Origin: Octopus sinensis
Taxonomy: Eukaryota
Direction: 5' to 3'
NCBI RefSeq assembly: GCF_006345805.1
Contig: NC_042998.1
Location: 119,970,001 to 120,034,000 of the forward strand
Length of the DNA: 64,000 nucleotides
The position numbers were made by a program, and so were the translations under genes. The notes under the pieces are model-generated. The model saw only the letters and a list, made by a program, of their open reading frames with translations, searched no databases and was not told the DNA's origin. Position 1 is the stretch's first letter, and every line of letters begins with the position of its first letter. Positions 52,310 to 64,000 of the stretch are shown here, in pieces.

Positions 52310-53200
52310 CATCATTGTTATCATTATTTAATGTCCATTTTCCATGCTGGCATGGGTTGGACAGCTTGTCAGGAACTGACTAGGCCAGGGCCCACACCAG
52401 GTTCCATAGTCTGTTTTTGGTTTGGTTTGTATGGCTGGATATCATTCCAGCTACTATACTGAGTGCTTTTTACATGACACCAGCACCAGTGGTTTTTGCA
52501 TGGAACCAGCACCCACACCAATGATTTTTATGTGGGACCTCGGTTTTAGGATCTTGATTCTGTTGTGGTGGGCAGGTTTTCTTGTGTACAGTAGTGTGCC
52601 ACATATCTTGGTCTCCTGTCATCTCCTTCATAATGCACAGTGTTTTGAGATCAGTCTTCAATACTTCGTCCAAAGTCTTCCTGGGCTTCCCTCTTTCACA
52701 ACTTCCCTTCACTTTAAGTGATTGGCACTTCTTTATGCAATTGTCCTCATCCATCTGCATTTCAACGCACACCTTGTAAAGGAATTTGGGTCAATGGAAA
52801 CAGTATACAAGCCTGTTAGATGGATTCATCATCGTCATCATCATCATCATCATTTAACATCTGTTATCCATGCTGGCATGGGTTGGATGGTGTAACCAGA
52901 GCTGGCAAGCCAGTGGGATGCACCAAACTGCAGTCTGATTTGGTTTGGTTTCTATGGCTGAATGCCCTTCCTAATCCCAGCCACTTTACAGAGTGTGGTA
53001 GATGATTTTATGTGGCACCACATGAGTGCTTATATGTGGTACCACATGGACACTTTTATGTGATGCTGCATAAGTGCTTTTACATGTGGCTGCACAGGCA
53101 CATTTATGCATTGCTACATGAGTGCTTTTACATGTCACCACATGGATGCAGTTATGTGTTGCTACATGGCCTCTTTTACATGGCACTGCCATCGGAAATT
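52310..53200 (-). mobile_element. Two RTE 3' fragments: one with the RT C-terminus (52530-52790), one with a ~24-bp motif array (52995-53190)
   Basis: DEDNCIKKCQSLKVKGSCERGKPRKTLDEVLKTDLK; CATCATCAT tails; repeated GAGTGCTTTTA(T/C)ATGTGGCACCACAT-like units. Confidence 0.8.
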
Positions 53201-53994
53201 CAAAAGTACAGCCATGTCACACAGTGTCTTGCTAATTCAGCCTGAGAGTCACAGGAGGGGTACATGCATCTGTGCAATGGTCAGTTGTGTACCAGTTAAT
53301 CTAATGAGCAGGTAATTTCAGTTGACTACTGAATACTCATAGTTTAAACTAATAGAGATCTCTCCATGTGCAGATATGCCTGCATTCATGTAAGCCTCTT
53401 TAGTATATGAGTGTGTGTGATTATTTTTATTCATGTGTATGCATAAAAATTGCATAGTATGTAGTATTGATGAGGAAGAGGTGGCATAAAGTACCTCCTT
53501 TAATACTACACCCCCACTCTCAGTTACTTGGTGACTTTACTGGTATTGGTACTGAGTAAAAAGTACCCAGTACATTCTGTAAAGTGGTTGGCATTTGGAA
53601 GGCCATCCTGCCATAGAAACCATGCCAAAGCAGACATTAGAGCTTTTATATAGTCCCCTAGATCACCAGCTCCTGTTGAACCATCCAACCCATACCATCA
53701 TGGAAAGCAGATGTTAAATAATGCTGCTGCTGCTGATGATGATGATGATGATAGTGGTGGTGGTGTCTTAAATAGAGAATATTTGAAATGACTTACAAAT
53801 CTTCTCTGTGTTTATAAGTTGATAGGATTCCGTTTGCTTTGTTCATTAATGGAAAACTCAAACATTTCTAGATTTATGTAAATCTGTTGTGATCAGTGCA
53901 TCAATGATATTAGATATGAATAAGTAACAAGAGGCAGAATACAAGAGCTTTCTTTAGCTAACTATATATGTTCTCTGTGTCTGTGTTCTTTCTT

Positions 53995-54400
53995 TTATTC
54001 TTTTACTTGTTTCAGTCATTTGACCGTGGCCATGCTGAAGCACCACCTTAAAAACTTTAAGTCAAACAAATTGATCCCAGGACTTATTTTTTAAGCTTAG
54101 TACTTATTCTATCGGTCTCTTTTGCCAAAATGCTAAGTTATGGAGATGTAAACACACCAACACTAGTTGTCAAGTAGTGATGGGGAACAAACACAGACAC
54201 AAAGACACACACAAATAGGCATGTGTGTGTGTCTGTGTGTGTATAAATACAAATATATATATATATATATGACAGCTTCTTTCAGTTTCTGTCTACCAAA
54301 TCCACTCACGAAGCTTTGGTTGGCCTGAGGCAAAAGTAGAAGATGCTTGTCAAAGGTGCCACACAACGGAACTCAACCCCAAACCATGTGATTGTGAAGC
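53995..54400 (-). mobile_element. Family-B tRNA-derived SINE, near complete
   Basis: Collinear with 12550-13160 and 860-1050; internal (GT)/(TA) tract. Confidence 0.8.
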
Positions 54401-54796
54401 TATTGTTGTCAGAGTTCTTGGAACAGATCTTATGCAGTTTAAACCAGAGTACAATAATTTATTTCGAAAAACTGGTCTTCTCACTAAACATAAGTTGCAA
54501 GGTTTTTAGGGACATCTAATACTGCTATACAGTCAGGAACTCCTTTGTCATGACCACATTTTAGAGTTTGGGAATTACATAGCTGTTTAAACCAGAACAG
54601 TAGAACATGATTCTGCTTATGTTTTTGAAATTTCTTTCCAATAGAGAAAGAATGAGGAAACAAGCTACTTTCATTAGAAAATAGAGAACATAAACTAAGT
54701 AATCATGTATGTATGTATTTGTGTGTGTATGTGTGTGTGTGTCTGAGATTTTCCAGTGTGAAATTATGGTGAACATCTAATGTCCCTAAGAATATA

Positions 54797-55013
54797 CAAG
54801 GGGTTGTTGAAAAGTTCCTGGCTTTAAGAGTATTGTGAAAGGCCTGGTTGGAGGCCCAACCTTCCAAGTTCTTTTGCAGGGCTTAGAAAAACTGAAGGAC
54901 TGCTGCAATAAGTGTGTGAATCTGAGAGGGGAATATATTGAATTAAATAATAATTAACCGATCCTCCTATATTTTCTTTTACCCTAAGCTAGGAACTTTT
55001 CAGCACTCCCTTG
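54797..55013. mobile_element. mariner-derived MITE
   Basis: TA|CAAGGGGTTGTTGAAAAGTTCCTGGCTT ... AAGCTAGGAACTTTTCAGCACTCCCTTG|TA; retains GLEKLKDCCNKCVNLRGEYIE. Confidence 0.85.
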
Positions 55014-56497
55014 TACATAATAATCAGAAGGAAACATTGCCTGTATAGATAAACATGAGTATATTATACATATCTTGGAATAGTATTTAGACTTTTGTCA
55101 GCTAAAAACACATCCAAAACTTCATTTTTTAACATTGAAGAGCCTTTACAAGACAAAACATTTATTTTCTCATTTTACAAAAAGAAAAACAATCTTTTTC
55201 TAGTTTAGGCAGCCATCACAGCTTGTTTTAGTCATAATATTTGAGAAATTCCCAAATGACCTGTAAGAAATAATTATTAGTCTGGTATCTAAGTGAAAAT
55301 GTAGAAATAATTTAGAGTCATATATTAAATTAAAACTACTCATGTGATTTGGAATCTTCATAGAAAAATAAACATAATCAGGAAACAATATTCATGTTTC
55401 TGGCTTTATAGGCTCAGTATCAAGAATCCTGATTATAAACCAACAGGGGAAAAATTATATCTGATCTTATTGCTAAATATGTTTTTCATGATCTTTGGTT
55501 ATAGATGGTCTTGTATAAATTGTTAATATTTGTAAATACCTAAAGTTTACTACTCTTTGTAAATGTTAATAGGTTTTATTTTCATTTTATTAACTTTATC
55601 TCTTGAAATGGTGTGTTCTCTGTCAATTTTGGTGATCAATGGATATCACTTCCCATCTACTGTTTGGACAATTTAATGGTATCTTGTATGAATAAGTTTG
55701 AATAGTTCTTAATTACTTATTTAATAAACAATATTTTCTATGAATTCTGGGTGGTTGAATGGATAAATTTATAACTGGTGTGCTATGGTATATTGAGAGT
55801 CCAGTAACAAATATTGGAGATTTTTAATGATAGACTAAAGGATTTATGATGATAAACTTACACTGAAATGGTACAAAACATTAAATATTCTTAGGTATAA
55901 ACATCTGTACTGGAGCTACAGGTTAATGTGTATGGATTGGGAATCTCATAGATAAAGTTATATGACTTGATGAGTCATATATCAATATATTTGACATGAG
56001 AACCTTACAGGTTAATATATATGTGGTTTGTTATAACTATATTTCATAGTCTCCTCATTGTAGTTGAATAAGTGGGGTACTTGAATATCCCCTCCTTGGT
56101 CCCGTACTGCAGCTAGAAGTAAATTATTTCTCTGTATTTTGATTGATACATTTAATGTCCTGCGACTCTTTCAACTCACTTGACTGCTACTTTTGCCGCA
56201 GTGTTTCAACTAGGAAGCCCTTCTCATTGACCTCTGAGGACTTTTGAGTTCAAAAGGAAGAATCTTGCCTGGCAGAAGAATTTGATTTTAGTGTTATGAA
56301 GGATTCACCTCCCAAGTGCTATATCACAACAAACCAGCGAACAAACAAAACGTACATTGATTATGTGCAGTTGATAATGTTTGCAACACTAATGCTGCTT
56401 TTAATTTGTTATTGAATTTAATCTTATGTGTGCATCACTGTGGTATACCAGCAAATAGTTTTATCACTTTTTATATATAGTCATAGACTAGTGATTT

Positions 56498-56563
56498 GAT
56501 TCCAGTGCATGATGTTGATAAGCTACAAAAATGGTGAAACAGCGGTATCCATCACTCCTAAAT
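56498..56563 (+). ncRNA. Type I hammerhead-ribozyme-like motif, copy 1 (U3-A8 core; stem III mismatched)
   Basis: TGATG / TTGATAA / G-CTA-CAAAAA-TGG-T / GAA / A-C-A-GCGG-T-A-T / C^ / CATCA; predicted cleavage after 56549. Confidence 0.6.
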
Positions 56564-56860
56564 TTGATCAAAGGCAACTTGTTTCAACTGTATATGACTT
56601 TTAGGTGTTCTAACACCCAGTGCTATGAGGGTGTTATACCACAACGAAGGTGTTCTACCAAGTGCTATACCACAGCAAACCAGCGATCAAACAAAACACA
56701 TACATTGAGTATGTGCACTCAATGTTTACAACACTAATGCTGCTTTTAATTTGCTATTGAATCCAATCTTATGCACACATCACCATGGTAAAACCAGCAA
56801 AAAGTTTTTCCACTATTTATATATAGTGATAGACTAGTGATTCAATCCATCCCTGGTTTG

Positions 56861-56925
56861 ATTCAGGTACATGATGTTGATAAGCCACAAAAATGGTGAA
56901 ATATCAATATCTATCACTTCTGAAT
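56861..56925 (+). ncRNA. Type I hammerhead-ribozyme-like motif, copy 2 (U3-A8 core; all three stems pair)
   Basis: ATTCAGG-TACA-TGATG / TTGATAA / G-CCA-CAAAAA-TGG-T / GAA / ATA-TCAA-TAT / C^ / TATCA-CT-TCTGAAT; AUC triplet, predicted cleavage after 56911. Confidence 0.7.
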
Positions 56926-58078
56926 TTGATCAGAGGCAAGTTGTTTCACCAGTCTATGACTTTCAGGTGTTTATCACCTAGTGTTATGAAGAAGTCATCC
57001 CCCAAACACTATACCACAGCAAAGTGGCAAACAAAGCACATACATTGAGTGTGTGTGGCCAGTATTTTAATTTATATATTAGAATAATTTTATTGAGTCA
57101 GTGGTCACATGTATATACTAATAAAAAAAAATGCTTACTTTAGTTTAAATTCAAGGACTCTTATAATTTCCATCTATTCTAAAATAAAGAAAGACACATA
57201 ATGTAACTTCAACTTCAATTCAGTAGGATTTTATACAGTTCTACACTAACCAGTGATGCTTTCTTATTAATATCTTAACTTTAAATCTCATGATTGTTAT
57301 TTTACCCAATATCTGTAAAGGAGATATTTCAGGTTACCTTTAAACATAATGGGTTCCTCCTTCCTTCTCACTTTTTCCCCAGCCTCTGTTAATCTTCTAC
57401 ATTCAATCACAGTATAATGTAGTGTCCACAGTCCCCCTATCATACAGTGTGTCTTTTACAGAAAGCAACTGAGAGTTGAGGAGAGTCTTTGTTAGCAACT
57501 GAGTTAGCAGCTCCCTAATTTTTTTCTCCTTTCCTTTTCTCCTTCTTACCCTAGCTGCCATTGAAATATCAAATATTTTGACCTAATCTTTATTTTCCTT
57601 CAACCAACAGCAACCATATATAACATCTGAAATTTTTCATCTTTTTTTCATTTTTTTTTTCATTGAATTGAAATCACTATCAGTTTCCTCAAGGCTTTCA
57701 CTGAATAATTGACAAGCTATGAGGTACTTTAAAATTTTTGCATCCTGACAAGTTGAATAAGAAAATATTGATTCACATCTGTAACAAAATGTGTTGAACT
57801 AGTTGTGACACACAACTTAAAGCTTTGGTGGGATTTATAAATTCAACCAAGACAAAAATATGCATGCCTTATATAAAAGATGCACAAACTTGTGATTGTA
57901 ATGAGAATGATTTAAGAACTTTTAACCAGATTTTAAACATTTTATACATTTTTCTTATTTTGCTTTCATTCCAAAATTTCTTAAAATTATAATGTCATAT
58001 GTGAATCGAAAAATATTCAGTTGAGTTTCCACTTTGACATCATGTTTTCAAAACATGCCTCAAGTATGTTTTAAATTA

Positions 58079-59222
58079 CACAAGCCAACAGGTATTTTAT
58101 AGTCAGGATATTTTCACCTGATCTAAAGGTTTTTTGATATGCTGAATCCAAAAATGGAATCCATTTTTTACTGACATGCCTAGATTTCAAGATACACCAA
58201 CCCCACAAACATCAGTGGGTGATATATGTAAACTTTAAGATGGTCAGTTTTCTCTTGGGAGGGGGGCTATAAAGTGGATACACTAAATAACCTTGCTATT
58301 TAGGTATGTAGAACAGAAAGCAAAACATTGGGTGATCAAAGAATGGCTGCAGCAAACATTAGTTCCAGGATCTTGTAATGTCGAAGAGCAATTAGTTCAA
58401 CTGTGAAAAATCATCTTACCTCCAATGCATACCAAACTTGGCATTATGAAGCAGTTTGTTAAAGTTCTGGATGAAAATGGACCATACTTTCACTATATCT
58501 GCAGCACATTTCTCAGTCTGAGCAGTAAAACGATAGAAGCTGGAGTATTTGATGAGCATCAAATAAAAATATTGATGTAAGATTGGAACTTTGTAAATTC
58601 AATGAACTGCATTGAAGCAGCAACATGGAATTCATTTGGGCATCAAGAAAGCGGCTGGAGAACTTTCAAAAGTTGAGAGCAAATATGAGCATAAAGCTGC
58701 ACTATCTTCACAATCACCTTGATAAATTCCCTGAAAATCTTGGTGGCACAAATGATGAGCAGGGAGAATATTTCCATCAGGACATAAAATCAATGGAACA
58801 AAAGTATCAAGGCAGATGGGAACTTGCATATGACAGCAGACTATTTCTGGAACTTGGCCTGTGATCTTTCTGAGGTTTAGCATTCAAGAAAGTCATCCAA
58901 ATGCAAATTCATGGGAAATTAGGCATAAACAATAATATGATTTGTCTGTAGAAATTTCAAGATTTTTACTAATTTTTCAGGAAAAATTTAAGAAAATATT
59001 CTGGTTTTTGAAGAAAAAACAATTTCTGTGTATGTTTGTATGTTATATCTTGTTCTTCATGAACTGTTTTATTGAAAAGACTGTGAAATTCTAGGGATCT
59101 ATCATCTTAAAATCTTGACATGATGGTAGTAAACAGATGTCATTTTCAGATTCTGTGTCAAAAAACCCCTCGTTCAGGTCCAAATCTTTTGAAAACAGGA
59201 AGCATATTTTTGTTGGCCTGTG
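58079..59222 (+). mobile_element. Chapaev3-type (CMC superfamily) DNA transposon, internally deleted
   Basis: TIRs CACAAGCCAACA / TGTTGGCCTGTG; 3-bp TSD TTA (58076-58078, 59223-59225). KIILPPMHTKLGIMKQFVKVL, MSIKLHYLHNHLDKFPENLG and DEQGEYFHQDIKSMEQKYQGRW; contains stops and frameshifts. Confidence 0.8.
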
Positions 59223-61243
59223 TTATAAACTAAGAATAGTTTGTGACTCAATTAAATGATGTCTTAGATATTTTTGTTATTTGGTTAGGCTGATTTAAGC
59301 TGTGTGTTTCCCCCCCATTTAAAACCAAGTCCATTTTAGATTTCTTATGACATCATTTGTTTATACATGAAAATTACATTGATCATAAAAGTTGCTGGCT
59401 GGAGATTGAACACTGTTTACCAGTAGGGAGTCATATATGTATGCTGTGTTTAGGTTAAGAATTGGTTATCTACATATTTGTGTAGTGAGAGGTAGGGAAT
59501 TCTGCATTCATTATAAACAAATGATTCTTTTTAACCTGAGGTTGAGAATTCAGTCATCTCAGGAACCCCTGAAACCTCTGCAATCTCTGCACAGATTATA
59601 CATTCAGCAAGTCATATTCATCCAACAAGTCATATTCACCTCATTTCTCTTCAGATTTTATATATCCTCCATATTCTTTATTTATGACTATGTAATCTAC
59701 ATACATGACTATGTAAGGTAGCAGTGATTTGAAGCCTATCTTCTAGATATTTGATCAGACACCATCATAGTCTCAAATATATAAGTTGACCACTCAGCAG
59801 GAGGTTGTGGTGTGATATGGTTTTCTTGATTGTTCCAGAATAAAACCTCTTGTTCCCAATAAAAACTCTTTGGTACATAACTTAGTGTGCAGAGAGTCAA
59901 TGAACTTTGTGCCATGGCTTTGTATATTTTTGGACCAGCTGCATGTTGTCATACAGATAAAGTTCTGTAATTTCAGAACAGTTTTTCTCTCTCCCAGTCA
60001 ACAATTATTAATGTTGCTCATTGTAAATAGCAATAAATATTCAGTTAAATATTCCCAAGTTTGCTTCAGTTATTATTCATGCAGCCAACAAAATTTATCT
60101 TCACTGACCAGCTCAACTCAAGTGATGGCAAGCACTCAGTGAGAATAACATCTATCTTCATATGAAAAGAAGACTATATGAAGCATTGAATACTCTCCAT
60201 CAAGCATAGGTGACCTTTTTCAAAAAACAGGCTGCATGAGATATGACTCATCATCAGGTAGACTGTACTACTAAAACATTTTAAGATAATTTTTCATTAG
60301 AATGCCATTCTGAAAGTCTCATGGGTTGCATGTGGCTCAGGATGCAGTCTGCCCATGGTTACTCTCAGTAGTCTATTTTTCACATGAAGATAGAAACCCA
60401 GTATAGTCTTCAGAGACTCTAGTACTTGACTGCTACTATATTTTATGGACCTTGGAAGAATCAAAGGTAGCATTGACCCTGGTGAAATTTGAACTCAGAA
60501 CATGAAAGTTAGAACTAAATATAGACAAATTTTGTCTGACATTCTAATCTCAATGACTTGTTGTCCCTGCATTAATAAACTGGGAAGTATTCTGATTATC
60601 TCTATCAATGGTGATCTTTCTTATGCAAAAACCTACACAGCCCTTTGGAAACAAAGTCTACTAATGAAGATGGAAACACTTTTACAAAATACAATAGTAA
60701 TAAAACTAATATTTAAAATTCTGTTATAAATATGTACATCTCTATAGAAAACAGAAAAGTATTATTTTTATTGCATGTTTTCACTGCACAACATTATATG
60801 CCTTGGGCATGTACAGTATTTATTTTTTTACATCTTTGATAACGAAAGTACTCTTTGTTATATGTATGCAATACTTTACATCACTTTTTATCATTCCCAA
60901 GGCACCTATTATAATTGAAGTTGTTCCTGTTTTTTATCTCCTCATTTTGAATATCTCTATTTCTAGATTTATGCAGTTATGTAGTTGGATAGTCTTTCCA
61001 TATAATATGTGGATTTATTGTTGGAATTGCTATGTTGATTAGCAGACTTCATTTTCCTGAGGCTCAGTGATTAAGATAATTTGGATTGTCTGTGTGAACC
61101 AGTATCTTTCACAGTATAATCACTTTGTCATTCTCTTGATACCTTTTGTAGTGTATGATGTACTACCTCTTTTCTGTGAGTATGTTTCATAAGATTGGAA
61201 TAATTTCCAGTGAGTAAAAGCTCCAACTATGTCCCACTTTTAT

Positions 61244-61344
<101 letters not shown>

Positions 61345-63139
61345 TACATATTGTATGTCTTGTGTGTACAGTATATCTTGGTAATCCCTTGTGGTTCAGC
61401 ATCTAATTGCATTAGAACATCCAATGCAGAGGTGGCAAGTAGCCACAATAGTGAAACATTCTTATGAGACAAATAATATATATTTGTGTTTATCAAAATA
61501 TTTTTGCACGTGCATGTGTGCATGCATGTGTGTGTGCACATATTCTCTTTTTTCTATTTTGTCTCATTTTGAGCAGCTAGAAACAAAGTGATTGTTGCTC
61601 ATGACAATCTCCATATATTCTACTTCATTAAATAATTTTAGAAGTTCCTAGTGGGAAGGTTTTGATCTCGAATTATGTTTAAAATCTTTGTCAGCTTTCA
61701 GTCCTGCACTTTTCAGGCAACACTAAAATTTTACTTTATCTGCTTTCACATGGTTAGTAGATATGTAGCAAATAGCTTCCTAGTTTCATTGCCAAGTTGT
61801 GAAACCTAGACTAGATTTTTCTATGAGTTCCTTCCTATTGTTCTCAGTATTTATGCTAAAAAATTTATGAGAGCCAACTGTCACACATAGATAAGTTCTA
61901 TTCTTTAACTGACCAATTCAAGTCAAACTTAAGTCATAGCCTCTCCTAATTTAGTTTGGAGAAAATATAAATATAGAATTCAAATTCAGTTCTTGCTCCT
62001 TTTGTTTGGTGCCAATGGAAGCAGCACCTCACATGAGGGACTACATAACTTTCAGCCACTCTATTTGTCCAAATTCTTTTACTCTTCTTCCATCCATTCT
62101 CCTGGCAGTCAACAAAAGATGGATGTAATTACCTACAGAATGAATAACAACACTGCAAATAATCTGTATACAGCAACCCAAAGCAGTTGTATCTTAAATT
62201 GCAATGATAAAAGAAAAGGCTTTATCGACTAATATTTTCTTCCTCTCATTTATTTGCTACATATAAATCGTTACACATGTTAATAACTTCTGCCTGTATG
62301 GTCAATACATAACAAAAAACATTTTTTTGAAATATATATTCTGCTGTTGTTTCTCTGCCCTTCTCACTGCTATCTGTTAGCAAATATTCTCCAATGAGGG
62401 TCATTTCAATCTTGTTTCCTTACACCTTTTTATATGACACATTTAGTATTATATCTTTTGGAATAGGTATCCTCTGTACTTGCATGTTCTAAGAAATTAC
62501 TAAAAAGCTTGGCAACAGGAAGGACATCTGACCCTAAAACATTACCTTGGAAGAAACATCCAATTGACCAATTTATTATTGTCAGCTGTTTTCTCATTTC
62601 ATATGCACTTAGTCTTGACACTGGACACCTGCTGAATCACACCAGCTCGGTTGTTGCTGGTCTTCGAGTATCATTGTCTGTGTTTTACCCCCACTACAGC
62701 ACCATAATTCTTTCTTATACAATTCAAATGTCCAGGTGCAGAGAGAAATATAGTTGCTTTATAAAACAATTATTTTTAGCAGAAAATACATGGAGAAACT
62801 TGATGTTAAATTAGTCTTATTCAGCTTTAAGCAATCAGTATAATTATGTTATGTATTTATTGAAGTATAAAATAATATTATAATATATTTGTTATAGTTA
62901 AACACCATAATTATATTTATTGTAGTAAATATAACTGAGTTGAATTATAATGAATATAATTATATTCATTGTAGCTTAAGACTACAGATAATTACAGTTA
63001 CAGTAGTTTCATAGTAAATATTATTACAGTTACTGCAGGCAAAGAGAATAAATGTATTTATATTTATTATAATATATTTGAATAAATATAATCATATTTA
63101 CTATAGTAAATATATTTGCTATAGTAATGTATCATCCTC

Positions 63140-63530
63140 ATCATCATCATCATCATCATCAACGTCATCATCATCAACATCATTGTCATTTAATGTCCAC
63201 AAAATTTAATGAATCAGAATTTCTATAGCTGGATGCCCTTCCTGTTTGTTTCTAAGCTGGGTAAAATTGCCAGATGTGTTTTTCCTCGAAAACTGGAAGT
63301 GATCACTGCTTGTATGACAGTGATGCTCATTTACAATCATCACATGTTGTGTTGACAAGAAAACACACACATCATCATCATCATCGTTGTTTAACATGCG
63401 CTTTCCATGTTGTGATAGGTTGGACAGTTTGACTGAGATTTGGCAGGGCGGGAGGCTGCACCTGGCTCCAGTCTGATTTGGCAAGGTTTCTACAGCTGGA
63501 TGCTCTTCCTAATGCCAACCACTCCGAAGG
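63140..63530 (-). mobile_element. Two RTE 3'-tail fragments
   Basis: CATCATCAT tails followed by AGCTGGATGC(C/T)CTTCCT motifs. Confidence 0.75.
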
Positions 63531-63534
63531 TGTA

Positions 63535-63830
63535 GTATACATACATATACATACCTATATACATGCATGCATGCATACATACATACATACATACATACAT
63601 ACATACATACATACATACATACATACATACATGAATACATACAAACATACATACATATATACATACGTATGTACGTACATACGAACATACATACATACAT
63701 ACCTACATATATAGATACATACCTACATGAATACATACAAACATACATACATATATACATATGTATGTATGTACATACGAACATACATACGTACATACAT
63801 ACATACATACATACATACACACATATATGT
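63535..63830. repeat. (TACA)n-based compound microsatellite with internal higher-order duplication
   Basis: Directly visible. Confidence 0.95.
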
Positions 63831-64000
63831 AACCCATGCCAGCATGGAAAATGTTCATTAAAAGATGATGAGGGTGATGATGATATATATATAAATCTAT
63901 GGTTTATTTTGATTCTTTGTTCATGTCTAGTACTTATCTGGTATTTGGGAACACCAGAAGCATTGATATGTAAATGTTAAACAATGAGAATGACTTCTCA

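Larger units (their letters stand above)
56290..57062 (+). repeat. Tandem ~330-360-bp repeat, 2.2 units (starts 56290, 56619, 56980); retrozyme-like
   Basis: The units align throughout; each full unit contains a hammerhead-like fold. Confidence 0.9.

Noticed and set aside
56508-56930. C/D-box snoRNA reading (ATGATGT ... CTGA) of the tandem repeat
   Set aside because: Box C is imperfect, box D is absent in copy 1, and the hammerhead fold explains the same bases better.
55340-57800. Scattered exon-like segments (e.g. + 55409-55495; - 56268-56210, 57170-57131, 57780-57640)
   Set aside because: They fall on both strands, do not chain in phase and are at the level expected by chance.

Overview
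AT-rich animal genomic DNA, most likely a coleoid cephalopod (Octopus). This is inferred from the SINE/RTE repeat families and microsatellite load, not from a database search. The window is dominated by decayed mobile DNA: RTE LINE fragments and many RTE 3'-tails, tRNA-derived SINEs, a CR1-type tail, Tc1/mariner relics, hAT and piggyBac MITEs with intact TSDs, a Chapaev3-type element, Helitron/HINE-like elements, a probable solo LTR and many microsatellites. A ~2.2 kb CpG-retaining island at ~28.8-30.95 kb looks like a promoter. No host protein could be identified; only low-confidence candidate exons are reported. No rRNA, tRNA gene or CRISPR array is supported. The best candidate for an overlooked system is a tandem repeat at 56.29-57.06 kb. 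Its two full units each carry a Schistosoma-Sm-alpha-like type I hammerhead fold with a U3-A8 core instead of C3-G8, i.e. a retrozyme-like array with a predicted 362-nt monomer that CUGANGA searches would miss. A second, more degenerate hammerhead-like motif lies in direct repeats at 24.6-25.7 kb.
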